Program-made: the position numbers and the translations under genes
Part shown: positions 20,375 to 30,000 of the stretch, in pieces
Layout: every line of letters starts with the position of its first letter
Numbering within the stretch: position 1 is the first letter of the stretch
Notes under the pieces: model-generated
Seen by the model: only the letters and a program-made list of their open reading frames with translations
Told to the model about the DNA's origin: nothing
Database searches by the model: none
Assembly: GCF_964059045.1 (NCBI RefSeq)
Contig: NZ_OZ060402.1
Location: 570,001 to 602,000, forward strand
DNA length: 32,000 nucleotides
Direction: 5' to 3'
Source of the DNA: Candidatus Saccharimonadota bacterium
GTDB taxonomy: Bacteria > Pseudomonadota > Gammaproteobacteria > Enterobacterales > Enterobacteriaceae

Positions 20375-21119
20375 ACCTATTAGCGAATCAATCGAATTAA
20401 AAACAATTTTAAGATCAGTCGGTATCCGAGCTTGGTCTTTTCCTATTCTTGAATTTTTTCCTAGTTTAGGACTAAAAGCATTATCAAAAAAAATAAAAAT
20501 AATCAATAAAAATGATTTTATTGTTATCACTTCTAAAAAAGCTATAGAATACTCATCAAATTATTTGAAAAATAATTATATTGAATGGCCATCCCATGCT
20601 GAATATTATACTATTGGAAAAGGATCTGCAGATTTTTTTAAAAAAAATAGTGGTTATATTGCAAAATATCCTACTAAAAATGAAAATAGTGAAACATTAT
20701 TAAAAATAATTAATTTAAATCAAATTAAGAATAAAAATATTATTATATTAAAAGGAAATCGAGGAAGAAAATTGTTAGAAAAAACTTTTAAAAAAAATGG
20801 CGCTAATGTTATATTAATTGAATGTTATCAAAGAAAAATTAAAAATATTAATTATAAAATAGAAATTTTAAAATGGAAAAAAAATAATATCAATACACTA
20901 GTTATTACTAATAATGAAGTTTTACAAGAACTATATAAAATTTTTTATTTTTTAAAAACTGAAAAATGGTTTTTAAAATGTACACTTTTAGTTATTAGTG
21001 AGAGATTAAAATATCTAGCTAAAAAATTAGGATATAAAAATATTCATATTGCAAAAAATGCAAACAATCAAACATTGCTAAAAAAATTAATTGAAATAAA
21101 ACAACAAAAAAAAAAATAA
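20355..21119 (+). CDS. hemD: uroporphyrinogen-III synthase
   Basis: The 254-aa ORF begins MKVLITRP, with ..[23 protein letters not shown] and LLVISERL collinear with E. coli HemD. It lies immediately after hemC. It ends QQKKK-stop through an 11-nt A-run (21106-21116). Confidence 0.9.
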
Positions 21120-21146
21120 ATATTTCAATATAAAAATAAATCATCA

Positions 21147-21223
21147 TGGTCGGCGAAAGAGGATTTGAACCTCTGACCCACTGGTCCCAAACCAGTTGCG
21201 CTACCAAGCTGCGCTATTCGCCG
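21147..21223 (-). tRNA. proM: tRNA-Pro (anticodon UGG), CCA encoded
   Basis: The reverse complement cggcgaatagcgcagcttggtagcgcaactggttTGGgaccagtgggtcagaggttcaaatcctctttcgccgacca is near-identical to E. coli tRNA-Pro(UGG). The acceptor is cggcgaa/ttcgccg. Confidence 0.95.
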
Positions 21224-21304
21224 TATACAAGAAAAATATTTTGATATTTTTTTAACTTAAACATTAATAATAAATAATAAAAATATAATATATTTATTTT
21301 TTTT

Positions 21305-21381
21305 TGGGGTGGTTAATGGGATTTGAACCCATGACCGCTGGAATCACAATCCAGAGCTCTACCAACTGAGCTATAACCACC
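21305..21381 (-). tRNA. hisR: tRNA-His (anticodon GUG) with G-1, CCA encoded
   Basis: The reverse complement is ggtggttatagctcagttggtagagctctggattGTGattccagcggtcatgggttcaaatcccattaaccacccca. The extra 5' G pairs with C73, as is typical of tRNA-His. Confidence 0.95.
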
Positions 21382-21427
21382 ACAAAAATTAACTAAAAAT
21401 TATTGATTATTATATCTAATTATCTTC

Positions 21428-21501
21428 TGCGCTCGACAGGATTTGAACCTGATACCTCTACTTTCGGAAAGTAGTGCTCTATCCATCTAAGCTACGAGCG
21501 C
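21428..21501 (-). tRNA. argX: tRNA-Arg (anticodon CCG), CCA not encoded
   Basis: The reverse complement is gcgctcgtagcttagatggatagagcactacttCCGaaagtagaggtatcaggttcaaatcctgtcgagcgca. The acceptor is gcgctcg/cgagcgc. Downstream is gaa rather than cca. It is first in an argX-hisR-proM cluster, which is E. coli argX-hisR-leuT-proM minus leuT. Confidence 0.93.
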
Positions 21502-21920
21502 ATAGTTATAGATTAGAACAACTCATTTTATTAAAATAATAATACAATGTCTAGTATTTTTTAAAAATTATTTTTAATTTAATATTTATGAAACTAATTT
21601 TTCATTTAATTTTTTATATAATACAAAAATATTATTGTTATTCATAAAAAAATTAATTCTTTAAAATATTTAATATATAAAATATATGTCAGTTAAAATT
21701 TATTTTGATTTATTAAATAATCATATCTATAAAAATTTAATAAAAATATAGCAACCAATATATTTATTTTTTATAAAATTTTAAAAAAAATAAATAATAT
21801 AATCTATATATTAAAAATTAAATTATATAACATATTAAATCTGTATTTAAAATTAAATAATTTTTTAATAATTAAAATATAAAATCTTTTTAAAAAATAA
21901 TAATATTATTCTTCTGACTA

Positions 21921-23180
21921 TTAAGATCTTTTCATCATATCAAAAAATTCATGATTGGTTTTAGTCATAGATAATTTATTTATTAAAAATTCCATAGCAT
22001 CAATTTCTCCCATAGGATGAATAATTTTTCTTAAAATCCACATTTTTTGTAATTCTTCAGGGAAAGTTAATAATTCTTCTTTTCTTGTTCCTGAACGGTT
22101 ATAATCAATTGCAGGAAATACTCTTTTTTCTGCAATTTTTCGAGATAATGGCAATTCCATATTACCAGTACCCTTAAATTCTTCATAAATTACTTCATCC
22201 ATTTTTGAACCAGTATCAATTAAAGCTGTTGCAATAATTGTTAAACTACCTCCTTCTTCTACATTACGAGCTGCTCCAAAAAATCTTTTAGGTCTATGTA
22301 ACGCATTAGCATCTACTCCTCCAGTTAAAACTTTTCCAGAAGCAGGCACCACTGTATTATATGCTCTAGCTAACCGAGTAATTGAATCAAGTAAAATAAT
22401 TACATCTTTTTTATGTTCTACTAATCGTTTAGCTTTTTCAATAACCATTTCAGCTACTTGAACATGTCTAGATGCTGGTTCATCAAACGTAGATGCTACA
22501 ACTTCTCCTTTAACTAATCTATGCATTTCCGTTACTTCTTCAGGTCTTTCATCTATTAAGAGAACCATAAGTACACATTCAGGATGATTATAAGCAATAC
22601 TCTGAGCTATATTTTGTAATAACATAGTTTTGCCTGCTTTAGGAGGAGCTACAATTAAACCTCTTTGCCCCCTACCAATTGGTGAAGCTAAATCTAATAC
22701 TCTAGCAGTTAAATCTTCTGTAGAACCATTACCTCTTTCCATTCTTAAACGAGAATTTGCATGTAAAGGAGTTAAATTTTCAAATAAGATTTTACTTCGA
22801 GCATTTTCAGGTTTATCGTAATTTACTGCATTTACTTTTAATAACGCAAAATATCGTTCTCCTTCTTTAGGAGGACGTATCTTTCCAGCTATAGTATCAC
22901 CAGTACGTAAATTAAATCTACGAATTTGACTCGGAGAAACATAAATATCATCAGGTCCAGCTAAATAAGAACTATCAGAAGAACGTAAAAAACCAAATCC
23001 GTCTTGTAATATTTCTAAAACGCCATTTCCAAATATATCTTCTCCACTTTTTGAATGTTGTTTTAATATAGAAAAAATAATATCTTGTTTCCGCATACGT
23101 GCTAAATTTTCCAGACCTATATTTTCGCCAAGAGTAATTAATTCAGAAACTGTGGTATTTTTAAGTTCGGTAAGATTCAT
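21921..23180 (-). CDS. rho: transcription termination factor Rho
   Basis: The 419-aa ORF has the same length as E. coli Rho and is very highly conserved throughout. Examples are [47 protein letters not shown], Walker A APPKAGKT and [21 protein letters not shown]. Confidence 0.98.
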   Translation of the reverse strand: MNLTELKNTTVSELITLGENIGLENLARMRKQDIIFSILKQHSKSGEDIFGNGVLEILQDGFGFLRSSDSSYLAGPDDIYVSPSQIRRFNLRTGDTIAGKIRPPKEGERYFALLKVNAVNYDKPENARSKILFENLTPLHANSRLRMERGNGSTEDLTARVLDLASPIGRGQRGLIVAPPKAGKTMLLQNIAQSIAYNHPECVLMVLLIDERPEEVTEMHRLVKGEVVASTFDEPASRHVQVAEMVIEKAKRLVEHKKDVIILLDSITRLARAYNTVVPASGKVLTGGVDANALHRPKRFFGAARNVEEGGSLTIIATALIDTGSKMDEVIYEEFKGTGNMELPLSRKIAEKRVFPAIDYNRSGTRKEELLTFPEELQKMWILRKIIHPMGEIDAMEFLINKLSMTKTNHEFFDMMKRS

Positions 23181-23356
23181 AATGGTGGGTGTCTTAGTAA
23201 ACTTGAAGTAATTCTTGGAATGAAAATTAAAAATAATTTATTAAAGTATCGATATATTAACTAAAATATTTATTTTTATAGAATTATTTATTTATGTAGG
23301 TAATATTTATACTTTAATTTAAAAACAATTATAACTTTTTTAATAAAAAAAATCTA

Positions 23357-23386
23357 GCGGTTTTTCTAGACTATAATAAAAACCGC
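23357..23386 (-). terminator. trxA intrinsic terminator
   Basis: On the minus strand the sequence reads GCGGTTTTT-12 nt loop-AAAAACCGC followed by TAGATTTTTTTT. It starts 17 nt after the trxA stop. It is one of the few G/C-containing stems in this spacer. Confidence 0.65.
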
Positions 23387-23402
23387 AGATTCTATGTTAA
23401 AA

Positions 23403-23750
23403 TTAAGAACATGATTGATTATTTATGTACATCAATAAAAAATTTTTAAGTTCATATTTTGATAACATACCTATTTTTTTATCTATAATTTTATTATTTT
23501 TTAATAATAATAAAGTTGGCACGCTTTGAATAGAATACTTCACGCCTGTATTAGGATTTTTTTCAACATCTACCTTTCCTATAATTAAATTATGTTTAAA
23601 TTCTTTTGAAATATCATCTAATATAGGTGATAACAATTTACAAGGATTACACCATGAAGCCCAAAAATCAATTAAAATAAAACTAGATTCATTTAAAACA
23701 TAACTGTCAAAATTACTATCATTTAAAATAATAATATTATCTGTATTCAT
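23403..23750 (-). CDS. trxA: thioredoxin 1 (active site WCNPC instead of WCGPC)
   Basis: The 115-aa ORF contains ILIDFWASWCNPCKLLSPILDDISKEF, NPNT..KYSIQSVPTLLL and the thioredoxin fold order. It lies between rep and rho. Confidence 0.93.
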   Translation of the reverse strand: MNTDNIIILNDSNFDSYVLNESSFILIDFWASWCNPCKLLSPILDDISKEFKHNLIIGKVDVEKNPNTGVKYSIQSVPTLLLLKNNKIIDKKIGMLSKYELKNFLLMYINNQSCS

Positions 23751-23829
23751 GTTAACTCTATATTTTTATATTTTATATAATAAAATAATAACAAATATTT
23801 AATTAATTTTAAATAAAAAAATAATGTTC

Positions 23830-25845
23830 TCAATTAATAATGTTTAATGATTGTCTTATTTTTTTTAAATACATTATGCTTAATTCTTCTTTATTATAAC
23901 AAGATTTCGGGTATAATTGATCAATCCAATATAAATCATCTTGAGGTAGTTCTAATAAAAAACGACTAGGAATTGTAGAAAATATTTGACCATATTGATT
24001 TCTTTGTTTACATAAAGTAAAAACTAATTGCTTTTTAGCTCTAGTGATTCCAACATAAATTAATCGACGTTCTTCATCTAAATTATCGTTATCCATACCA
24101 TTATAATGTGGTAATATTCCTTCTTCCATTCCAATAATAAATACATATTTAAATTCTAATCCTTTAGAAGCATGTAAAGTCATTAATTGTAATTTATCTA
24201 TTTTATTATTATTATTTATATCATAAAATACATCCCTTAATGTAAAATGTGTAATTATTTGAGACAAAGTCATAGATTTCTGAATATTATTTCCTTTTAA
24301 CATTTCTATAATCCATTTTATAAATAAATCAATATTATTAATACTAGATTGTATTTTATGAATATCTTTAATAGATTTTTTTATCCATTCTTTATAATTA
24401 ATATCGTGTATTAATTTTTTTAATGCAATAATAGGAGATGCATTAAATTCTTGAATAATATTTTTAATCCATATTGAAAAATTCCTCAATTTTTTTAAAC
24501 TATAACGATTTAATTGAGTTTGTAATCCCATGTCTAGACTAGCAAAAAAAAGACTTTTTTTATGAATAGAAGACCATTTAATTAATTTATTTATAGTTAC
24601 TGTTCCAATAGAACGAGAAGGAATGTTTACAACTCTTAAAAAGGCTAAATCGTCGTTTTGATTATCAATTAAACGTAAATAAGATAATAAATCTTTAATT
24701 TCACCACGCGAAAAAAAAGAATTACTACCTGAAATTTCATATGCTATATCATATTTTATTAATTCTTTTTCAAATAAACGAGCTTGATAATTACCACGAT
24801 ATAAAATTGCATAATCACTATATTTGTTATTAAATCGATTTTTATGTGAATAAATTACTTGAATAATTTTTTTTGCTTCTTTTTCTTCATTTTGTAAAAC
24901 TAATATTTTTATCTTAGAACCATAATCTAATTCTGAAAATAATTTTTTTTCAAATTCATTGTTGTTATGTGAAATTAAAATATTTGCAACTCTTAATATC
25001 CTACCCGTTGAACGATAATTTTGTTCCATTTTTATGATAGTAATGTTTGGAAAATCTGTTTTTAACAAAGAAAAATTTTGAGAACAAGCCCCTCTCCATG
25101 AATAAATTGATTGATTATTATCACCTACTAAAGTAAAATCAGATCTTTTATTACTTAATAATTTTATAAATTCATATTGACTAGTATTAGTATCTTGATA
25201 TTCATCTACTAAAAAATATTGAATTTTTTCACTCCATTTATTTTTTACACTAAGATATTTTTTTAATAATAAAGTAGGTAAATAAATTAAATCATCAAAA
25301 TCTAATATATTATATGTAATTAAATGTTGATGATAAATATCATAATAATTTGCAAATAAAGAATCTATATCTGTTTTAACTATATTTTTAGCTTGTTTTG
25401 GATCAATTAATTGCATCTTCCATTTTGAAATTGAAGATAATAATTTTTTTAATAATAATTTGTTTTTTTTAAATTTTTTTTTAGTTATATCATTTAATAA
25501 ATTTAATTGATCATGTTCATCAAATAACAAAAAATTTGCATTTCTTCCTAAATAATGAATATCTGACTTTATTATTTCCATGCCTAAAGTATGAAAAGTA
25601 GAAATTTGTAATTCATTTAAATATTTTTGACCTAAAATTTCTGAAATACGATATTTCATTTCTTGAGCTGCTTTATTAGTAAAAGTCATAGCAGCAATAT
25701 TTTTGATATTATAATTACAATTATTAATTAAATAAATAATTTTACTAATAATTACTTTTGTTTTTCCAGATCCTGCTCCTGCTAAAACCAAGCAAGGTCC
25801 TTTGACACATTTAACAGCTTTTTCTTGAATTAAATTGAGATGCAT
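23830..25845 (-). CDS. rep: ATP-dependent DNA helicase Rep (SF1)
   Basis: The 671-aa ORF is collinear with E. coli Rep (673 aa). Shared segments include GPCLVLAGAGSGKT, TFTNKAAQEM, LVDEYQDTN.SQYE, QSIYSWRGA, EQNYRS, LMTLHASKGLEF and EERRL.YVGITRA. Confidence 0.96.
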   Translation of the reverse strand: MHLNLIQEKAVKCVKGPCLVLAGAGSGKTKVIISKIIYLINNCNYNIKNIAAMTFTNKAAQEMKYRISEILGQKYLNELQISTFHTLGMEIIKSDIHYLGRNANFLLFDEHDQLNLLNDITKKKFKKNKLLLKKLLSSISKWKMQLIDPKQAKNIVKTDIDSLFANYYDIYHQHLITYNILDFDDLIYLPTLLLKKYLSVKNKWSEKIQYFLVDEYQDTNTSQYEFIKLLSNKRSDFTLVGDNNQSIYSWRGACSQNFSLLKTDFPNITIIKMEQNYRSTGRILRVANILISHNNNEFEKKLFSELDYGSKIKILVLQNEEKEAKKIIQVIYSHKNRFNNKYSDYAILYRGNYQARLFEKELIKYDIAYEISGSNSFFSRGEIKDLLSYLRLIDNQNDDLAFLRVVNIPSRSIGTVTINKLIKWSSIHKKSLFFASLDMGLQTQLNRYSLKKLRNFSIWIKNIIQEFNASPIIALKKLIHDINYKEWIKKSIKDIHKIQSSINNIDLFIKWIIEMLKGNNIQKSMTLSQIITHFTLRDVFYDINNNNKIDKLQLMTLHASKGLEFKYVFIIGMEEGILPHYNGMDNDNLDEERRLIYVGITRAKKQLVFTLCKQRNQYGQIFSTIPSRFLLELPQDDLYWIDQLYPKSCYNKEELSIMYLKKIRQSLNIIN

Positions 25846-25939
25846 AAAAATATATTTCGATTGTTTTTAATTAAATATGTATAAAAATATTTTTAAATCT
25901 ATTTCAAAAATAATTTAACATTTTATTAAAAATTATAAA

Positions 25940-25975
25940 AACAGAAAAAATAAATAGAGTTTTATTTTTTCTGTT
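25940..25975 (-). terminator. ilvDC terminator candidate
   Basis: aacagaaaaaataaa (25940-25954) is the exact reverse complement of 25961-25975, with a 6-nt loop. On the minus strand it is followed by a T-rich run and lies 31 nt after the ilvC stop. Confidence 0.55.
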
Positions 25976-26006
25976 ATAATTAAATTAAAAAATATATACT
26001 TAAATA

Positions 26007-27479
26007 TTATTTTACAAAAATAGTTTTCATATTTTTCATTTTTTTTCTTAATTTTTTTCCAATAATTTCAATAGGATGATTTTCAATTTCTTGATTGATC
26101 TTATATAAATCAATATTATTAATATCATGAGAAATGATTTTATGACCCATGTCACCATACTGTAAATTTTTTAAAAAATTTTTTAATATAGGAATTGCTG
26201 AATTAGAAAACAAATAACTACCATATTCTGCAGTATCAGAAATGATTAAATTCATTTCATATAACCTTTTTCTTGAAATTGTATTAGCAATTAAAGGAAG
26301 CTCATGCAATGATTCATAATAAGCAGATTCTTCAATTATACCTGCATTAATCATAGTTTCAAATGATAATTCCACACCTGCTTTAATAATTGCAATCATA
26401 AAGTTAGAAAAATCAAAATATTCTTGTTCTAAAATAGTACCATTATAAGAAGGAGCGTTCTCAAAAGATGTTTTTTTTGTATCTAATCTCCATTTTAGTA
26501 AGTCAATATCATTATTGTTCCAATCATCCATCATTTTAGAAGAAAAAGATCCAGATAGAATATTATCCATATGTTGTTGAAATAATGGTGTTAAAATAAT
26601 TTTTAATTGATTAGATAAATAACATACCCTTATTTTTGCATTATTAGATATTCTATCTAACATTAAAGTAATACCTCCATGTTTTAAAGATTCTGTTAAA
26701 ACTTCCCATCCATTTTGTATTAGTTTACAAGCAAATGCTATATTATGTCCTTGTTCAACAAGATATTCATAACAAATCAAACTACCTGCTTGTAACATAC
26801 CACATAAAATAGTTTGTTCTCCCATTAAATCTGATTTTACTTCTGCAATAAAAGAAGATTCTAAAATACCTGCATGATGACTACCTATAGCAACTGCCCA
26901 TGCTTTAGCAATTTCTAATCCAATTTTTTGGGGGTTATTTTTATTATGGACTGCTATTAATGTTGGAACTCCAAAATTCCTTTTATATTCTTCGCGCACT
27001 TCAGAACCTGGGCATTTAGGAGCAACCATAATAACTGTGATATCTTTTCTAATTTTTTCTCCCATTTCTACAATGTTAAATCCATGAGAATATCCTAAAC
27101 ATGAGCCATTTTTCATTAATGGTTGTATTTTTTGTATGACTGAATGGTGTTGTTTATCTGGAGTTAAATTAATTACTAAATCAGCAGTAGGAATAAGATT
27201 TTCATAAATATCTACAACAAAATTATTTTTAAATGCATTTTTCCAAGACATGGTTTTTGCTTGAATTGATTCTTTTCTTAAAGCAAAAGAAATATCTAAT
27301 CCAGAATCTCTCATATTTAAACCTTGATTTAAACCTTGAGAACCACAACCAATAATTACTATTTTTTTTTCTTTTAAAAAAGAACAATAATTTAAGAATT
27401 CTTTTTTTTTCATTAAACGACATTTTTTTAATTCAATTAATTTTTCTCTAAAATTTAAACTATTAAAATAATTTTTCAT
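26007..27479 (-). CDS. ilvC: ketol-acid reductoisomerase (NADP+)
   Basis: From the ATG at complement 27477-27479, [14 protein letters not shown] aligns with E. coli [64 protein letters not shown] and [14 protein letters not shown] also match. The ORF-track start 12 nt upstream is a TTG and was not used. Confidence 0.95.
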   Translation of the reverse strand: MKNYFNSLNFREKLIELKKCRLMKKKEFLNYCSFLKEKKIVIIGCGSQGLNQGLNMRDSGLDISFALRKESIQAKTMSWKNAFKNNFVVDIYENLIPTADLVINLTPDKQHHSVIQKIQPLMKNGSCLGYSHGFNIVEMGEKIRKDITVIMVAPKCPGSEVREEYKRNFGVPTLIAVHNKNNPQKIGLEIAKAWAVAIGSHHAGILESSFIAEVKSDLMGEQTILCGMLQAGSLICYEYLVEQGHNIAFACKLIQNGWEVLTESLKHGGITLMLDRISNNAKIRVCYLSNQLKIILTPLFQQHMDNILSGSFSSKMMDDWNNNDIDLLKWRLDTKKTSFENAPSYNGTILEQEYFDFSNFMIAIIKAGVELSFETMINAGIIEESAYYESLHELPLIANTISRKRLYEMNLIISDTAEYGSYLFSNSAIPILKNFLKNLQYGDMGHKIISHDINNIDLYKINQEIENHPIEIIGKKLRKKMKNMKTIFVK

Positions 27480-27576
27480 TTTTTTTTCCAAAATATACTA
27501 ATATATTATTAATAATAATATCAAAAAACAATTGATGTATATGAATAAAAAATTATAAAAATTTAAATAATTTCTA

Positions 27577-29433
27577 TTAAAAATTTAATTTATTTACATC
27601 ACGAACAGCACCTTGATCAGCACTAGTAGCTAAACATGAATATGCTTTTAAAGCATTTGAAATAATTCTCTTCCTTTGAACATAAGGTGTATATGCTTGA
27701 TTGTTTCTTGATTCTTCTATATCTTTACGTGTTAATAATTCTTGATTTGTTACTTGTAATTCAATAGTTCTATTTGGAATATTAATCATGATTACATCAT
27801 TATTTTGAACTAGTGCAATTATTCCTTTATTTGCAGCTTCAGGCGAAACATGTCCTATAGATAAACCTGATGTACCTCCTGAAAATCTACCATCGGTAAT
27901 TAAAGCACAAGATTTATCTAATCCCATAGATTTTAAATATGTTGTAGGATATAACATCTCCTGCATACCAGGTCCACCTTTAGGACCTTCATATCTAATT
28001 AAAATAATATCACCTGATTGAATATAATTATTTAAAATTGCATATACAGCATCTTCTTGACTTTCATATACTTTTACTGGTCCTTGAAAAACATAATTTT
28101 TTTTATCTACGCCAGAAGTTTTAACAATACATCCATTTTTAGCAATATTACCATATAACACTGCTAAACCACCTTGTTGACTATAAGCATAATCAATAGA
28201 TCTTATACATCCAAAACGACGATTGGTATCAAGTTCATCCCATCTAAATGATTGAGAAAAAGGAATTACTGTTTTAATTCCCATCGGGCCAGCACGATAC
28301 ATCTTAATAATATCAAGATCTTTATTATTTATTATATTATATTTTTTTATTGTTTCTTCCAATGTTATTTGTAAAATATTTTTAACTGTAGTATCTAATA
28401 AAAAAAAATTATTTAATTCACCTAAGATTCCCATAACACCTCCAGCTCGATGCATGTCTTCCATATGGTAAATTGATGAACTCGGTGCTATTTTACAGAT
28501 ATTAGGTATTTTTTTAGATAAATCATTAATATCTGACATATTAAAATCAATATCACCTTCTTTTGCTGCTGCTAGTAAATGCAATACAGTATTGGTTGAT
28601 CCACCCATTGCTATATCTAATTTCATTGCATTATGAAAAGAATTTTTACAAGCTATATTACGTGGTAAAACATTATAATTATCATTATGATAATAAGCTT
28701 TTGTAATATCTACAATTGTTTTACCTGATTGTACAAATAGTTTTCTCCGATCAACATGAGTGGCAAGTAATGTACCATTACCTGGCAATGCTAATCCTAG
28801 TGCTTCCATTAAACAATTCATTGAATTAGCAGTAAACATTCCGGAACATGAACCACATGTTGGACAAGCAGAGTCTTCTATTTTTTTTGACTCTACATCA
28901 GATACATTAGGATTGGAACCTTGAACAATGGCATCAATTAAATCTATTTTTACAATTTCATTTTTTTGATTTAATATTCTTCCTGCTTCCATTGGTCCAC
29001 CAGAAACAAAAACAGATGGAATATTTAGACGTAAAGCTGCCATTAACATTCCAGGAGTAATTTTATCACAATTTGAAATACACACCATAGCATCAACACA
29101 ATGTGCATTAATCATATATTCAATAGAATCTGCAATAATTTCTCGGGATGGTAAAGAATACAACATCCCAGAATGTCCCATAGCAATACCATCATCTATA
29201 GCAATTGTATTAAATTCTTTAGATACACCACCAGAAGATTGAATGGATTTTGCTACAATATTACCTAATTCTCTTAAATGAATATGACCTGGGACAAATT
29301 CTGTGAAAGAATTAACGATAGCAATAATTGGTTTTTGAAAATCTAAATCTGTCATTCCAGTAGCTTTCCATAAAGCTCGAGCCCCTGACATATTTTTACC
29401 ATGAATTGTTGTAGCGGATCGATATTGAGGCAT
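27577..29433 (-). CDS. ilvD: dihydroxy-acid dehydratase
   Basis: The 618-aa ORF begins [63 protein letters not shown] and [22 protein letters not shown] match E. coli IlvD. A strong AGGAG lies 6 nt upstream of the ATG. Confidence 0.97.
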   Translation of the reverse strand: MPQYRSATTIHGKNMSGARALWKATGMTDLDFQKPIIAIVNSFTEFVPGHIHLRELGNIVAKSIQSSGGVSKEFNTIAIDDGIAMGHSGMLYSLPSREIIADSIEYMINAHCVDAMVCISNCDKITPGMLMAALRLNIPSVFVSGGPMEAGRILNQKNEIVKIDLIDAIVQGSNPNVSDVESKKIEDSACPTCGSCSGMFTANSMNCLMEALGLALPGNGTLLATHVDRRKLFVQSGKTIVDITKAYYHNDNYNVLPRNIACKNSFHNAMKLDIAMGGSTNTVLHLLAAAKEGDIDFNMSDINDLSKKIPNICKIAPSSSIYHMEDMHRAGGVMGILGELNNFFLLDTTVKNILQITLEETIKKYNIINNKDLDIIKMYRAGPMGIKTVIPFSQSFRWDELDTNRRFGCIRSIDYAYSQQGGLAVLYGNIAKNGCIVKTSGVDKKNYVFQGPVKVYESQEDAVYAILNNYIQSGDIILIRYEGPKGGPGMQEMLYPTTYLKSMGLDKSCALITDGRFSGGTSGLSIGHVSPEAANKGIIALVQNNDVIMINIPNRTIELQVTNQELLTRKDIEESRNNQAYTPYVQRKRIISNALKAYSCLATSADQGAVRDVNKLNF

Positions 29434-29444
29434 ATTAAACTCCT

Positions 29445-29574
29445 TTTTAGATCATTACAGTGTTAATTAAAAACAAGGTTGAATCTAGTTAAAACAATAT
29501 ATTATTAGGCCTAATAATATATTGTTTTAACTAGATTCAACCTTGTTTTTAATTAACACTGTAATGATCTAAAA
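29445..29574. repeat. 130-bp perfect palindrome (65-bp arms, zero spacer, centre AGGCCT) between tRNA-Trp and the ilvD ribosome-binding site
   Basis: All 65 pairs were checked by hand. 29445-29509 is the exact reverse complement of 29510-29574, and 29444/29575 mismatch. The arms contain many G/C positions (for example caaggttgaatctag), so this is not A/T low complexity. Confidence 0.95.
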
Positions 29575-29592
29575 TTTATTTTAAATTTTTTA

Positions 29593-29666
29593 ACAAAGGT
29601 GGAGGGAATTGAACCCACAACCCTCGGTTTTGGAGACCGATGCTCTACCTAATTGAGCTACACCTT
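29593..29666 (-). tRNA. trpT: tRNA-Trp (anticodon CCA), 3' CCA not encoded
   Basis: The reverse complement is aaaggtgtagctcaattaggtagagcatcggtctCCAaaaccgagggttgtgggttcaattccctccacctttg. The acceptor is aaaggtg/caccttt with discriminator G. The anticodon arm is identical in form to E. coli tRNA-Trp. There is one T-T mismatch in the T stem. Downstream is tta, not cca. Confidence 0.88.
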
Positions 29667-30000
29667 TAAAATATTTATATATATTATTTTAAATAATTAA
29701 AAATAAAACAATAATATTAATTATACTATAATTAACAAAATAATTACAGTATATAAAAATATATTTTGAATAATACATCATAACTATATCAAAAGTTATT
29801 TAATTAAATTGTATTATTTGTAATGATTTTAAAATAAAAATTAATCCAATAATTCTTGTTCAAAAAATATATTTAGTAGTATAATGAATAATATACTAAA
29901 TTAATAACAATATTATATTTTATAATTATTTAATTATTTAATCAAATTAAAAAATCAGTTAAATGTTTAAAATACTAAATTAAAAATTGTTGAGGTTCAA

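Noticed and set aside
20318-20530. 70-aa minus-strand ORF
   Set aside because: It is antisense to the hemC/hemD junction.
21019-21207. 62-aa minus-strand ORF
   Set aside because: It starts inside the tRNA-Pro gene and runs antisense into hemD. The sequence is explained by those two features.
21224-21304. 81-nt hisR-proM spacer as an eroded leuT (E. coli has argX-hisR-leuT-proM)
   Set aside because: The size is suggestive, but I can find no residual tRNA-Leu sequence or cloverleaf on either strand. The absence of leuT is noted, but a remnant cannot be supported.
22630-22821. 63-aa plus-strand ORF
   Set aside because: It is antisense to the most conserved part of rho, the Walker A region.
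27229-27423. 64-aa minus-strand ORF
   Set aside because: It is an alternative frame within ilvC. The ilvC frame is supported by end-to-end homology.
29667-30000. 334-bp spacer upstream of iscS as a decayed iscR
   Set aside because: This is plausible from E. coli synteny (iscR-iscS), but I could not see any residual IscR-like coding signal. It is left as context only.
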